NCBI GenBank assembly: GCA_044346175.1
Contig: JBIIZQ010000001.1
Coordinates: 145,224-209,223 of the forward strand
Length of the DNA: 64,000 nucleotides
From: Vampirovibrionales bacterium
Lineage (GTDB): Bacteria; Cyanobacteriota; Vampirovibrionia; Vampirovibrionales; JAJTHC01
Direction of reading: 5' to 3'
Position 1 is the first letter of the stretch. Each line of letters opens with the position of its first letter. Below, piece after piece: positions 18,972 through 28,240 of the stretch. Position numbers and translations under genes: made by a program. The notes under the pieces were generated by a model. The model was not told where the DNA came from. It saw only the letters and a list, made by a program, of their open reading frames with translations, and did not search any database.

Positions 18972-20369
18972 TTATGTTGTAACCATGTGGTGTGCGGTGA
19001 GTGCTTCAAACAGGGCAGGGGTTGCTTCAGGATACAGTGCTTGATAATCCGTCAAGGTGAGGGCTTCCAGTCCACATCCCCCTTTAGATTCAGAGAGGGC
19101 AACGGCTTGCCCCACCACACGGTAGGCTTCTCGAAACGGCATACCCTGCTGCACAAAATATTCCGCCAACCACGTGGCGTTTAAATACCCTTGAGGGTGT
19201 TGCATCACTTCTTGCAATCGGGCTTGATTCACTTCAAGACCACTCGCACAGGCTTGCATGGCTTCCACACAAAGGCTAAACGTGTCCAAGGCATCAAAGA
19301 GACCCTCTTTATCCTCTTGCATGTCTTTGTTGTAAGCCAAGGGGAGGGCTTTCATGACGGTGAGTAACCCTATGAGGCTTCCAAAAACACGTCCTGTTTT
19401 ACCCCGCACTAGCTCAGGGAGGTCGGGGTTTTTCTTTTGAGGCATCATGCTTGAACCCGTACACAGTGCCAAGGGTAATTGAATAAACTGAAATTCTTGG
19501 CTGCTCCACAGTATAAGTTCTTCTGCAAACCGACTCAAATGCACCATCGCAATACTCAATACTGAAAGAACCTCTAATACAAAATCTCGACTCCCCACGG
19601 CATCAAGCGTGTTTTCAAGCACCCCTGTCATCCCCAAGGACGTTGCCACAAAGTGACGATTCAAAGGTAAACTTGAACCTGCCAAAGCCCCCGCACCCAG
19701 AGGGGACACATTGCAATGTGCCATGGCATGTTGCAACCGAACAATGTCTCTACCCGCCATGGCGTGATAGGCCATGAAGTGGTTGCCCATTGTCACGGGC
19801 ATAGCCCTCTGAAGATGGGTATAGCCTGGCATCCATGTGCTGGTGTGTGCTTCGCCAAGGTTCTGGAGGGTTTTTTGATACGCTGTGAGCTTATCAATGA
19901 GTCGTGCAAGGGTATCACGCAAATAGAGCCGTAAGGCAAGACATACTTGGTCATTACGGCTACGTCCTGTATGGAGCTTTTTAGCCACCTCCCCCATGGA
20001 TTCAGCAAGAAAAGCCTCGATAAAGCTATGAACATCTTCACACCCTGAAGCCTCAAGGTTCAGCTCACCCGCTTGATACTGCATAGCCAGTGTTTCTAAA
20101 CCCAGTGTGAGTTGCTCATATTCCTGTTGCGTTAATAAACCCACTTCTTGCAACATGGCAACATGGGCAAGGCATCCCTGAATGTCCCACGGTAATAGAC
20201 GCTGGTCATAGCCAATGGAGGCATTGAATGCTTGTAACAAAGTGTGACTACCCAACGCATCAGCGTTGGGCTTGTACCATAAGGGCTTATGACTGACCTG
20301 AGATGTACTAAACATGGCACATGACCTCCTCTTGAGAAACCTTTGTCTGAGGCACGAGAGGGCTTTCAA
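18972..20369 (-). CDS. argH: Argininosuccinate lyase
   Basis: Fumarate-lyase family signature GSS(M/L)MPQKKNPD. The listed start is TTG and overlaps argG. A more likely start is Met19 (MFSTSQ), ~2 nt after the argG stop. Confidence 0.85.
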   Translation of the reverse strand: MKALSCLRQRFLKRRSCAMFSTSQVSHKPLWYKPNADALGSHTLLQAFNASIGYDQRLLPWDIQGCLAHVAMLQEVGLLTQQEYEQLTLGLETLAMQYQAGELNLEASGCEDVHSFIEAFLAESMGEVAKKLHTGRSRNDQVCLALRLYLRDTLARLIDKLTAYQKTLQNLGEAHTSTWMPGYTHLQRAMPVTMGNHFMAYHAMAGRDIVRLQHAMAHCNVSPLGAGALAGSSLPLNRHFVATSLGMTGVLENTLDAVGSRDFVLEVLSVLSIAMVHLSRFAEELILWSSQEFQFIQLPLALCTGSSMMPQKKNPDLPELVRGKTGRVFGSLIGLLTVMKALPLAYNKDMQEDKEGLFDALDTFSLCVEAMQACASGLEVNQARLQEVMQHPQGYLNATWLAEYFVQQGMPFREAYRVVGQAVALSESKGGCGLEALTLTDYQALYPEATPALFEALTAHHMVTT

Positions 20370-21660
20370 GGTGGGACTGCATTTTCAATGCCCGTACCTT
20401 TAAGGGTAAGCCCATGAGGGTAATAAATCCGTGTGAATCGCCATGATGATACAGGTTTCCTGTGGTAAAGCTCGACAACGATTCTTCATACAAACTATAA
20501 GGTGAGCTTACCCCAGCAGGAAGGACATTACCCTTATAGAGGGTTAGGGTTACTTCCCCTGTAAGGGGGGCTACCAAAACATTCATAAAGGCATCCACCG
20601 CTTCCCGTAAGGGGGTAAACCATTGCCCTTCGTAGACTAAATTAGCATAGGTTGTTCCCATCATGTGCTTATGATGAAGGGTGTTGCGGTCAAGGCAGAG
20701 TTGCTCAAGAATGCCTAGCGCTTTATACAAAATGGTACCGCCAGGGGTCTCATAGACCCCTCTTGACTTTAAGCCCACCACACGGTTTTCAATCATATCT
20801 AAAATCCCAACCCCATGCTTGGCTCCAAGGCTATTGAGGGCTTTTAGTAAACTGACACCCGCCATGGTTTCTCCATTGAGTTGTACGGGGATACCTTGAT
20901 GAAACGTTAATGTAAGCGTTTCAGGGGTGTCGGGTGCTTCTTGAGGTGTATGACTCCACTGAAGGAGGTGTTTGTAATGCGGTGCGTTGGCGGGGGTTTC
21001 AAGCTCTTGTCCCTCATGGCTTAAGTGCCATAGGTTCATGTCTCGGCTATAGGTTTTATCCAGTGCAAAGGGGATTGGGAGGTTTTTGGTCTGTAAGTAA
21101 GCCATGGCATCTTCCCGAGAAGCAATATGCCAGTGGCGCCAAGGTGCAATCACAGTCATATCAGGAGCAAGGGCTTTGATACTTAATTCAAAACGTACTT
21201 GGTCATTGCCTTTTCCTGTGGCACCATGGCATATCGCTTTTGCTTTGTATTGATGTGCCACATCCACCAATGCTTTGGCAATTAAGGGGCGTGCCATCGC
21301 CGTACCTAGTAAATACTGTTGCTCATACTTGGCACCTGCTTTTAAACAAGGGAAGATATACGCCTGTACAAAGGTTTCTTCCGCTTCAACCATCTCAAAC
21401 GCATCGGCACCGAACTGTAAGGCACGTGCTTCCAAGCCCCCTAATTCATCCGCCATGCCTACATTCACACAGGTTGCAACAATCTTACTTTGAGGGAAGT
21501 GTTCCTTGAGCCAAGGTAGAATGGTACTAGTGTCTAACCCGCCTGAATAGGCAAGAATAATGGTTTCCCCAGCGAGGCTTTCAGCGGAGGGTAAACATAG
21601 AGAGGTCTCGTTGGAAACCTGTGGGTGTTGGGTATAAAAAGGGTGTACAGTCATCATCAT
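20308..21660 (-). CDS. argG: Argininosuccinate synthase
   Basis: AYSGGLDTS PP-loop and full-length similarity to the ArgG pattern. Confidence 0.85.
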   Translation of the reverse strand: MMMTVHPFYTQHPQVSNETSLCLPSAESLAGETIILAYSGGLDTSTILPWLKEHFPQSKIVATCVNVGMADELGGLEARALQFGADAFEMVEAEETFVQAYIFPCLKAGAKYEQQYLLGTAMARPLIAKALVDVAHQYKAKAICHGATGKGNDQVRFELSIKALAPDMTVIAPWRHWHIASREDAMAYLQTKNLPIPFALDKTYSRDMNLWHLSHEGQELETPANAPHYKHLLQWSHTPQEAPDTPETLTLTFHQGIPVQLNGETMAGVSLLKALNSLGAKHGVGILDMIENRVVGLKSRGVYETPGGTILYKALGILEQLCLDRNTLHHKHMMGTTYANLVYEGQWFTPLREAVDAFMNVLVAPLTGEVTLTLYKGNVLPAGVSSPYSLYEESLSSFTTGNLYHHGDSHGFITLMGLPLKVRALKMQSHLESPLVPQTKVSQEEVMCHV

Positions 21661-22370
21661 CTAAAGCATTTCTTTCGTGGGTGTTAAAATTTGAAGATTC
21701 AAAAACACGTAACTCGTCATGCAAGTAAAGGCAAGCACGACACTTTGAGGTATCCCTCTTACTGTACTCAGCAGAGGGAACCCACATGGTTTGCACGCAT
21801 ATATATGACACAAGCACATGGCACAAGCACACGGCAAAACCCGAACGTTTAAACCACGTTCTCCTCTTCGCTTCACGCTGTGGCGTAATTCTATCACTTG
21901 GAATAGGGGGTGGTGGAGGGGTGAGAGAGACAGGACGAAATCCTAATCATCACCAAGTGAAAATAGTACAGGGGATACCCCAAATGCTTGTTATGAAACC
22001 AAGCGATTGTACTATTGTGTGGAGGGTATTTTACACTTGCTTGATGAAGCAAAAACCTCATGAAACCCATCTTGTGAAGGATGATATTTCAACACAACAC
22101 CAAAAACAACACCGAACGTTGTCGGCACACTCATCCAAAGCTCGTACTAATAAGCAGTACTGAATACGCAAGCGGAAGGAGAGGAGACACTTCGTCGTCG
22201 TCGTCGTTGACGGTATGTATGAAACGCAATAAACAAGGCTGTGAGGTTTCTTTAATTTTTACTTCAAACGTTTAGAACTTAAAAAGGTCTAAACCAAGTG
22301 AAATACACAATACTTTACGTATGCAGAAGCACTTATCGTAACTTCTTAACAGTACATGACGTTTTTAAAT

Positions 22371-22398
22371 TTGTCAACGTCTCCCTTTGAAGTATAGT
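22371..22398 (+). promoter_or_regulatory. Candidate sigma-70-type promoter TTGTCA-N16-TATAGT
   Basis: Hexamers at 22371-22376 and 22393-22398, ~50 nt upstream of the 22446 ORF. Confidence 0.25.
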
Positions 22399-22445
22399 CA
22401 TGGTACAATGAAAGGCTGTAAGTCATTACGTTTGTCCATCCTCAT

Positions 22446-23669
22446 TTGAACCCCCTACCCCTCATGATGCCCGTCTCTCCGCAACAAGCTTCACCGCCAC
22501 AAGTCTCTCGTGGTTCTGTCACGCAGGAGGTTTCTGGTGGGCATCACGCACCAAGAAGCGTGCAAGAATCTTTCAATGCAACCCCTTTGCCAGCCTTGGC
22601 AATGCTTGAAGCACCATGGATGCAAGAGGCTCCTTTTATGAACCCTCTTGCGAGCAAAGACATAGAGACGTTTTCTTATCCTTGGCTTGTCGCTTATCTG
22701 GGCATTGAGCCACCTGCCTTGGATGTCCTCATGAATCGTCTGGGGATTATGCCAGTCCCTTACAGTGCTACCCAAGAAAATATCTTGGAACCCTACCGTC
22801 AAGGGTATCTCCATGCCCATAGCCATACGCCCCAAAGTGAACCCCCACGCCATCATCATCGACAATATACGCTTTACGATAAAATTTCTGTGGAGTTTTT
22901 ACAGCAAGCCCTCCAGCTCACCTTGCCACAACAGGGCGACCCTTTGTCTCCTGATGAACAAGAACGCATCATTCAGAACCTTAGAAGCCTTTATCATGAT
23001 AAGCAGATGCTTGAGCAAAAACAACGTTACCAGATTTTTCTCCAAGCATCTTCTACTAACCTTACAATACACGCACCACACACCACGACACACCATGACC
23101 ATGGGTCTCAATACTATGAGGGTCTTCACAGTATGACAACATCAGAATTTTATACCGCTCCTAATTCTCCATCTGAATTATCCCCCAGCGACGTTGAAGC
23201 CCTTGACGCACAAGCAATGAGTAAGCAAGATACGCCCCCTATCTTGGGTGCTATCCGTGATGCCGCACCAGCCGCTATTGATGCTCTTCAACCTTCTATC
23301 ACTGAGATAGTACCTCCTGCATCTTCAGACTTTGTGTCTGGGGCTACATCCTCTGCCGCTACAACACTTGGCTTTGCCGAACGTCACCCAGAAAATACGC
23401 AAGGGTACTTCCATACAGGGTCTCTTGAGCAGCTCCTCCAGCATGTCTCTTTTTTACGAGAAACCTTACAAACAACGCTCCTCCAACAAGTCCATGAAGC
23501 GGTTGCTCCTGTTGAGAAGCTTGGTCTTGAACTTATCCGTTTGCAAGAGCATAACCGACTTTTAGAGCAACGCCTTACGGCGATGAGTCAGGAACTCCAC
23601 ACGCTACAACAAGAAGTGGAGAGTTTTAAGCCTTTCCAATTTGGGCTTTATAAAAAGGTACCTAAATAG
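22446..23669 (+). CDS. Low-complexity protein with a C-terminal coiled coil
   Basis: 407 aa, P/Q/S/H-rich. Ends with LIRLQEHNRLLEQRLTAMSQELHTLQQEVESFK. Confidence 0.45.
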   Translation: MNPLPLMMPVSPQQASPPQVSRGSVTQEVSGGHHAPRSVQESFNATPLPALAMLEAPWMQEAPFMNPLASKDIETFSYPWLVAYLGIEPPALDVLMNRLGIMPVPYSATQENILEPYRQGYLHAHSHTPQSEPPRHHHRQYTLYDKISVEFLQQALQLTLPQQGDPLSPDEQERIIQNLRSLYHDKQMLEQKQRYQIFLQASSTNLTIHAPHTTTHHDHGSQYYEGLHSMTTSEFYTAPNSPSELSPSDVEALDAQAMSKQDTPPILGAIRDAAPAAIDALQPSITEIVPPASSDFVSGATSSAATTLGFAERHPENTQGYFHTGSLEQLLQHVSFLRETLQTTLLQQVHEAVAPVEKLGLELIRLQEHNRLLEQRLTAMSQELHTLQQEVESFKPFQFGLYKKVPK

Positions 23670-23739
23670 GAATCTTAAACAAAGCTAAGGAATTCGTATT
23701 TAAGGCACATGTTTACAGTATCATGGATGATGCTTTACA

Positions 23740-24234
23740 ATGGCAAGTGTCGTTCCTCTCAATATGCACCCTTACATGAAGGTCTTCCTTATGCCTGATG
23801 CTGATAACACCTCCCATCAACGCTTCTTCTCACTGGAAGATGCTACTTTACTATTGCAAGAACTGTCAGGAAAAGTGGAAGATGCCCAGCATGAAATCCA
23901 CACCCTGCACAGTCACTTGATTCTTCAAAAAAGATTGGTGGTTCAGCGTGAAAAAGCTCTAGGACGCTATCCTTCTGAGGAAGAACTTATGCTCATTGCC
24001 AAGAGTGGCTTGAAGCTAGAGAGCTGTATTGAGTACTGGGTCACTTACTTTGAGCGTCAGGGTGTACTCCTGAGAGACCCTAAAATGGGACTCATTGATT
24101 TCCCTTATAAAAGCGAAACCACGGATGAGGTTTTTTTCCTTTCTTGGTGTTTGGAAGATGAGGGCTTATTCTACTTCCATACGGCAGACGAACCCCCTCA
24201 CTATCGGCACCCTATTAGTTTACTTCCTGCCTAA
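23740..24234 (+). CDS. Hypothetical protein
   Basis: 164-aa ORF with no motif. Lies in the low-complexity gene cluster. Confidence 0.35.
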   Translation: MASVVPLNMHPYMKVFLMPDADNTSHQRFFSLEDATLLLQELSGKVEDAQHEIHTLHSHLILQKRLVVQREKALGRYPSEEELMLIAKSGLKLESCIEYWVTYFERQGVLLRDPKMGLIDFPYKSETTDEVFFLSWCLEDEGLFYFHTADEPPHYRHPISLLPA

Positions 24235-24281
24235 AGCGTTAGGTCGTGTGAAGTATAAACCCTATATCTTTACATAAAAAA

Positions 24282-24309
24282 CCCTCTTTACCATTGTTTG
24301 TAAAGAGGG
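24282..24309. terminator. Bidirectional terminator between convergent genes
   Basis: Perfect 10-bp stem ccctctttac / gtaaagaggg with loop cattgttt. An A6 run lies 5' and a T-rich run 3'. Confidence 0.5.
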
Positions 24310-24415
24310 GATTATGTGTGTGAATCTTTAAAATAAGTTGTCTAACATTTCATAAATATTGGTATTTATCATAAAGCATAGTAGTCATAAAAGGTATCAA
24401 CCGTTTTTGCCAAGC

Positions 24416-24997
24416 TTACGCCAAGTTTAACCCTGGAAAAGGCATTGGTGGCTGAGGAGGAAAGCCTCCAAGAATCGAACCCCCTCTTGCACCTGCTGAG
24501 GCATTGGCACTCGCTTGAGCAAGTAACATAGCCTGTGTGGCATTACCATCTAGTTTATGAGCGTTATGTTGAGGTGTGCAATGGTCGTCTTGTTGCATCA
24601 TCATCATCATCATGGGCATCATCATCATCATAGGATTCATGCCGCCTTGTGTCCCAGCACCGCCTTGCATTCCTGTCATTGCAAACATCATCATCATCAT
24701 GGGGAGCATGGTTTTCATAGGGTTGTCAGCTTTAGGGGCTTGCTTACGACCCAAGTGAGGTAACAAAGCTTGTAAATCATCACAGCCGCCCTTAGGATGA
24801 CACGTTGGTGCAAAGGTTTCACGGTATACACGACCTGCACGACTTGCAGCACGTGCATCGGCACTTGCAAATGCACTACCGACTTCAGGTCCTACAGGTG
24901 GACGCAAATGAGGAGGCATAGGACGAAAGTTAGAAACAACAGTATTCATCATCATGGTAAAAGGGCTTTCTCTCTCAGTGTTATCAACCAGAAGCAT
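24416..24997 (-). CDS. Met-rich low-complexity protein with poly-Met tracts
   Basis: 193 aa containing MMMMMF and MMMMMPMMMMMM runs, encoded by ATG/CAT trinucleotide repeats. Confidence 0.5.
   Translation of the reverse strand: MLLVDNTERESPFTMMMNTVVSNFRPMPPHLRPPVGPEVGSAFASADARAASRAGRVYRETFAPTCHPKGGCDDLQALLPHLGRKQAPKADNPMKTMLPMMMMMFAMTGMQGGAGTQGGMNPMMMMMPMMMMMMQQDDHCTPQHNAHKLDGNATQAMLLAQASANASAGARGGSILGGFPPQPPMPFPGLNLA
24596..24700. repeat. Three (CAT)5-6 microsatellite tracts inside the Met-rich gene
   Basis: (CAT)6 at 24596-24613, (CAT)5 at 24617-24631 and (CAT)5 at 24686-24700 on the plus strand. Confidence 0.9.
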
Positions 24998-25001
24998 GGT
25001 T

Positions 25002-25028
25002 AAAGATAGTCAACGCAAAGATAGTCAA
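25002..25028. promoter_or_regulatory. Tandem 12-bp direct repeat AAAGATAGTCAA-cgc-AAAGATAGTCAA in a divergent promoter region
   Basis: Perfect duplicate with a 3-bp spacer, just upstream of the start of the minus-strand Met-rich gene. Confidence 0.3.
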
Positions 25029-25262
25029 TGATTGTGGCTTGATGTTAAAGGCGTATCTCTCAGATGTCATAATCAACACTTGAACATACCAGAAATTGCG
25101 TGCTGTCATCCTGTGAAAGTCTTTTTTGTTACATTCTGTTACTGAAACACCTGTTTTATGCTGTCTTTGTAAGGTTAGCCACACATCGCATGGGCTTAAA
25201 AGTGTTTATGCTATTGAGTCACGTATCAGACAGAGGGTCTCCTTTTAAAGTCAACAAGGGAG

Positions 25263-25850
25263 GTGTACTTCTCTGAACGTCAACCACACAGGCACGGGAT
25301 ATTAAACTACAGTGAGCCAAGCCATATCAAGGAACATCGTATCGTGATGATGAACTCATTATACAATACTGCCGTAAGCAACTACTTCGGCTTTTTGGTA
25401 CCTCCTGGTATCAATCAAAACCAAGTACGTCCTATTTTTAGTCCTTTTCCAGGGAGTAATACGGGGATTAACTATCTGTTTAATCCACCAGGCTTTTCGA
25501 GCTATGATACGGCGTTAATCAATAACCACAATTACCTTGAAGAACTCATTTCTGTGGGAACCATTAACGAAATTAACAAGCAAGTGGGTTTACCTGAGTA
25601 TTTTGCACCCACACCCTACCAAAGTGCTTGGCCTGTGCCGCCTAGTTATAACTATCAGGTACCCAATGTGTCTCCTGTGACACAACCAACGCCTATCGGG
25701 CAACCACCCGCCAGTGCTACGGTGCCTGCAAGTGTTTCTACCCCTTGGTCAGCAGGGGCATTAGGCGTGAACCCTATTGTGAATGGTAATACCACAGCAC
25801 CTGCAATGAACAACACACAACAAGCCACACGTATTAACCGTGTCGTGTAA
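25263..25850 (+). CDS. N/P-rich low-complexity protein
   Basis: 195-aa ORF lying 66 nt upstream of and co-directional with the CHAP-domain gene. Confidence 0.4.
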   Translation: MYFSERQPHRHGILNYSEPSHIKEHRIVMMNSLYNTAVSNYFGFLVPPGINQNQVRPIFSPFPGSNTGINYLFNPPGFSSYDTALINNHNYLEELISVGTINEINKQVGLPEYFAPTPYQSAWPVPPSYNYQVPNVSPVTQPTPIGQPPASATVPASVSTPWSAGALGVNPIVNGNTTAPAMNNTQQATRINRVV

Positions 25851-25916
25851 TGCGGTTATTTGTATGATACACATCATCAGGCATTTTTAACTTACTAGGG
25901 GAATGATTAACGTACC

Positions 25917-28094
25917 ATGAGCATCGGGAATGTATACGGACAACCTGAAACCGCTAATGACTACTGGGTGAACCCAGGGCATTACGGTTTTCAGCCTCAG
26001 TATCGTCAAGGATACACATGGCGACTTACGACAAGCCCTGCCGTAAACTATGCTGTGGATGCGACAAACTTCCTAGAGGAAGCCCTGTACAGACAAACCA
26101 GCCAGAATATTCAAAACAATCAAGGACTAGGTACCTTTATTCCTGTGCCTGAAACCCCTGGTTTTGAAAGCTTGCTCCAACTCCAGTCACAACAAAATCC
26201 TCAAGCCTATATGACTCCCTCTGCACAAGTCAACGTAGAACCTACTCAAAGTGTGCTATCTCAAGTACTACCTACACGGAGTGTGAACAACATCGAACCT
26301 TTTGATGGCTTACTCACGGCATTTCAAGCAGAAAAAGCCCAAACAAGTACACCTTTCCAAGTGGGTACTCCCATCAACTCACCTGCATGGAATACTGACC
26401 CCAGACTTAACATTGACTTTAATACCCTGCCCAGTCAGTATGGACAACCCAGTAACATGCCCGTGGGCTATACCCTACGCTATAGTGTCCGTCCACTTTC
26501 AGGATGGTTGGAAAATGCTGAGCGTGCAGGAGCCACACACATAGAACCCGTTCAGAGACTCTCAGGACGCTTTGGGAACACCAGTGGTCATCTTGGTAAT
26601 GGACAAGTCAGCGATAGTCTTGGTACCAACACGGCGGTAGGACAGTTGGGCGGACTCTATGAGGCGGGTACAGGGGCAAGTAGTCGGTACCAACCTGGTC
26701 AGTTCATGAAAGCCTATCAACAGGCAAACCCACAGCCTCAAGTGATGCAAGGACAAGTACCACAAATAGCACCTCAAGTTGTGCCACCCACGCCAGTGGT
26801 TACACAACCAACACCCTTGCAACAACAATCGTTGCAACAACCTGCCCTACAACAGCCTGCCATGCTATCGCCAGCACAACCCACAAGTATGGTGCAACCT
26901 ACCCAACCTCAGCTCATGCAGCCTCAAGTGGGTATGAATCCTATGCCCGTGCAAGGTATGACTCAAAATACAACGCAAAGTATGATGCCGAATCAAAATA
27001 CGTTACCCAGTAGCAGTACCCCTCAGCCTGTCAGTACGGCCGCTCCTTATGGACAAAATTATAGTCATTTAAGTATGCTATCCAGCAGTACTCGGGGATT
27101 ATTGGAAGACTCTGCCACGGCCCTACCAGGGATTGAAGCACAACTACAATCCTTAGTGACAGAAGCACAACAACAAACCGCTGCTAAAAAAGGGCAAATG
27201 CAGGGTGTTGAGCAGGCGGCACAACAAACGCAACCACCCGTACCACAAGCCTACCCTTCGCTCGCTCCGCAGCCCACACAACCACAGCAACAACAACCCA
27301 TCATGCCCGTGCAATCACCTGCTCCACAAGCCACTACTGTGAACCTAGGTGCAGTAAATGATTCAGGTGAGCGTGCCATGGCACAAAGTAAAATCAACCA
27401 ACTGTATCAACAAGGGCAACACATGGTACGACTGTATCAATCAGGGTTACTCCAAGAGGCTGAAGCGAATCAGATTCTTTCTGAAATTAACACTGCCCTT
27501 TATACCCTCATGCAACGTTATGGTCTTGAGCCTGTCCAAGTAGCTCAAGCTATTCAAGCTCAGCAACAAATGCAGCAACAAGCACAAGCCGCACCAAGTA
27601 TGCCTGTAGCACCCACCAGCACTTTAGAGGATAGATTCCCTCGGCAAACCAATGCGAGCAACACAGAACCACCTTCCCGAAGAGGTATGATGCTTGCTCA
27701 ACTCAACCGTCAAGTTGCGTCACAAATGAATTCAACGGGTTGGTGCTATAAGGGCGTTGCACGGGCGGCCGAACGTATGGGCATCAGTTTAACAGGTGCC
27801 TCGGCTTACATGGCGGCAGACCAACTCGCCAAAAGGCAAGACTTTAAAGAAGTGACCCCAGGGGGATGGATACCACCACAACAACTGCCTACGCTTGTAA
27901 AACCTGGTGATATTGTGGTGTACGACCGAGGTTCTGGTAAACCCCACGGGCATATTGCCACCGTACTTGGTCAAGAAAATGGTCAGTGGAAAGAGGCCAG
28001 TGACCATGTCTCGAACCTAAACGTCAATTATCCTACAGGCCGTGCGAGAGTGTTTCGTCCTCTTGACACCCAAACCCAAAGTAACATTGCCTAA
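25917..28094 (+). CDS. Q/P-rich low-complexity protein with a C-terminal CHAP (papain-fold amidase/peptidase) domain
   Basis: 725 aa. The C-terminal ~130 aa has Cys in GWCYKGV and His in PGDIVVYD...GHIATVLG, which is CHAP-like. There is no obvious signal peptide. Confidence 0.55.
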   Translation: MSIGNVYGQPETANDYWVNPGHYGFQPQYRQGYTWRLTTSPAVNYAVDATNFLEEALYRQTSQNIQNNQGLGTFIPVPETPGFESLLQLQSQQNPQAYMTPSAQVNVEPTQSVLSQVLPTRSVNNIEPFDGLLTAFQAEKAQTSTPFQVGTPINSPAWNTDPRLNIDFNTLPSQYGQPSNMPVGYTLRYSVRPLSGWLENAERAGATHIEPVQRLSGRFGNTSGHLGNGQVSDSLGTNTAVGQLGGLYEAGTGASSRYQPGQFMKAYQQANPQPQVMQGQVPQIAPQVVPPTPVVTQPTPLQQQSLQQPALQQPAMLSPAQPTSMVQPTQPQLMQPQVGMNPMPVQGMTQNTTQSMMPNQNTLPSSSTPQPVSTAAPYGQNYSHLSMLSSSTRGLLEDSATALPGIEAQLQSLVTEAQQQTAAKKGQMQGVEQAAQQTQPPVPQAYPSLAPQPTQPQQQQPIMPVQSPAPQATTVNLGAVNDSGERAMAQSKINQLYQQGQHMVRLYQSGLLQEAEANQILSEINTALYTLMQRYGLEPVQVAQAIQAQQQMQQQAQAAPSMPVAPTSTLEDRFPRQTNASNTEPPSRRGMMLAQLNRQVASQMNSTGWCYKGVARAAERMGISLTGASAYMAADQLAKRQDFKEVTPGGWIPPQQLPTLVKPGDIVVYDRGSGKPHGHIATVLGQENGQWKEASDHVSNLNVNYPTGRARVFRPLDTQTQSNIA

Positions 28095-28240
28095 GCATAC
28101 CTGCCAGAGAACATCCCGTGTGAACATACGCTTTTTACGTCACACCTATGCCATGGTGTATGATAACCCTGCCTACAGATGATTCGTGGGGGAGGGTTTG
28201 TCACCCTCCCGAAAGCCGACATCGGTAAACTTAAAGAAGT

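Noticed and set aside
28188-28210. Hairpin gggagggt-ttgtc-accctccc between convergent genes as a terminator
   Set aside because: There is an 8-bp GC stem but no U-tract on either strand. It may pause transcription, but it is not a canonical intrinsic terminator.
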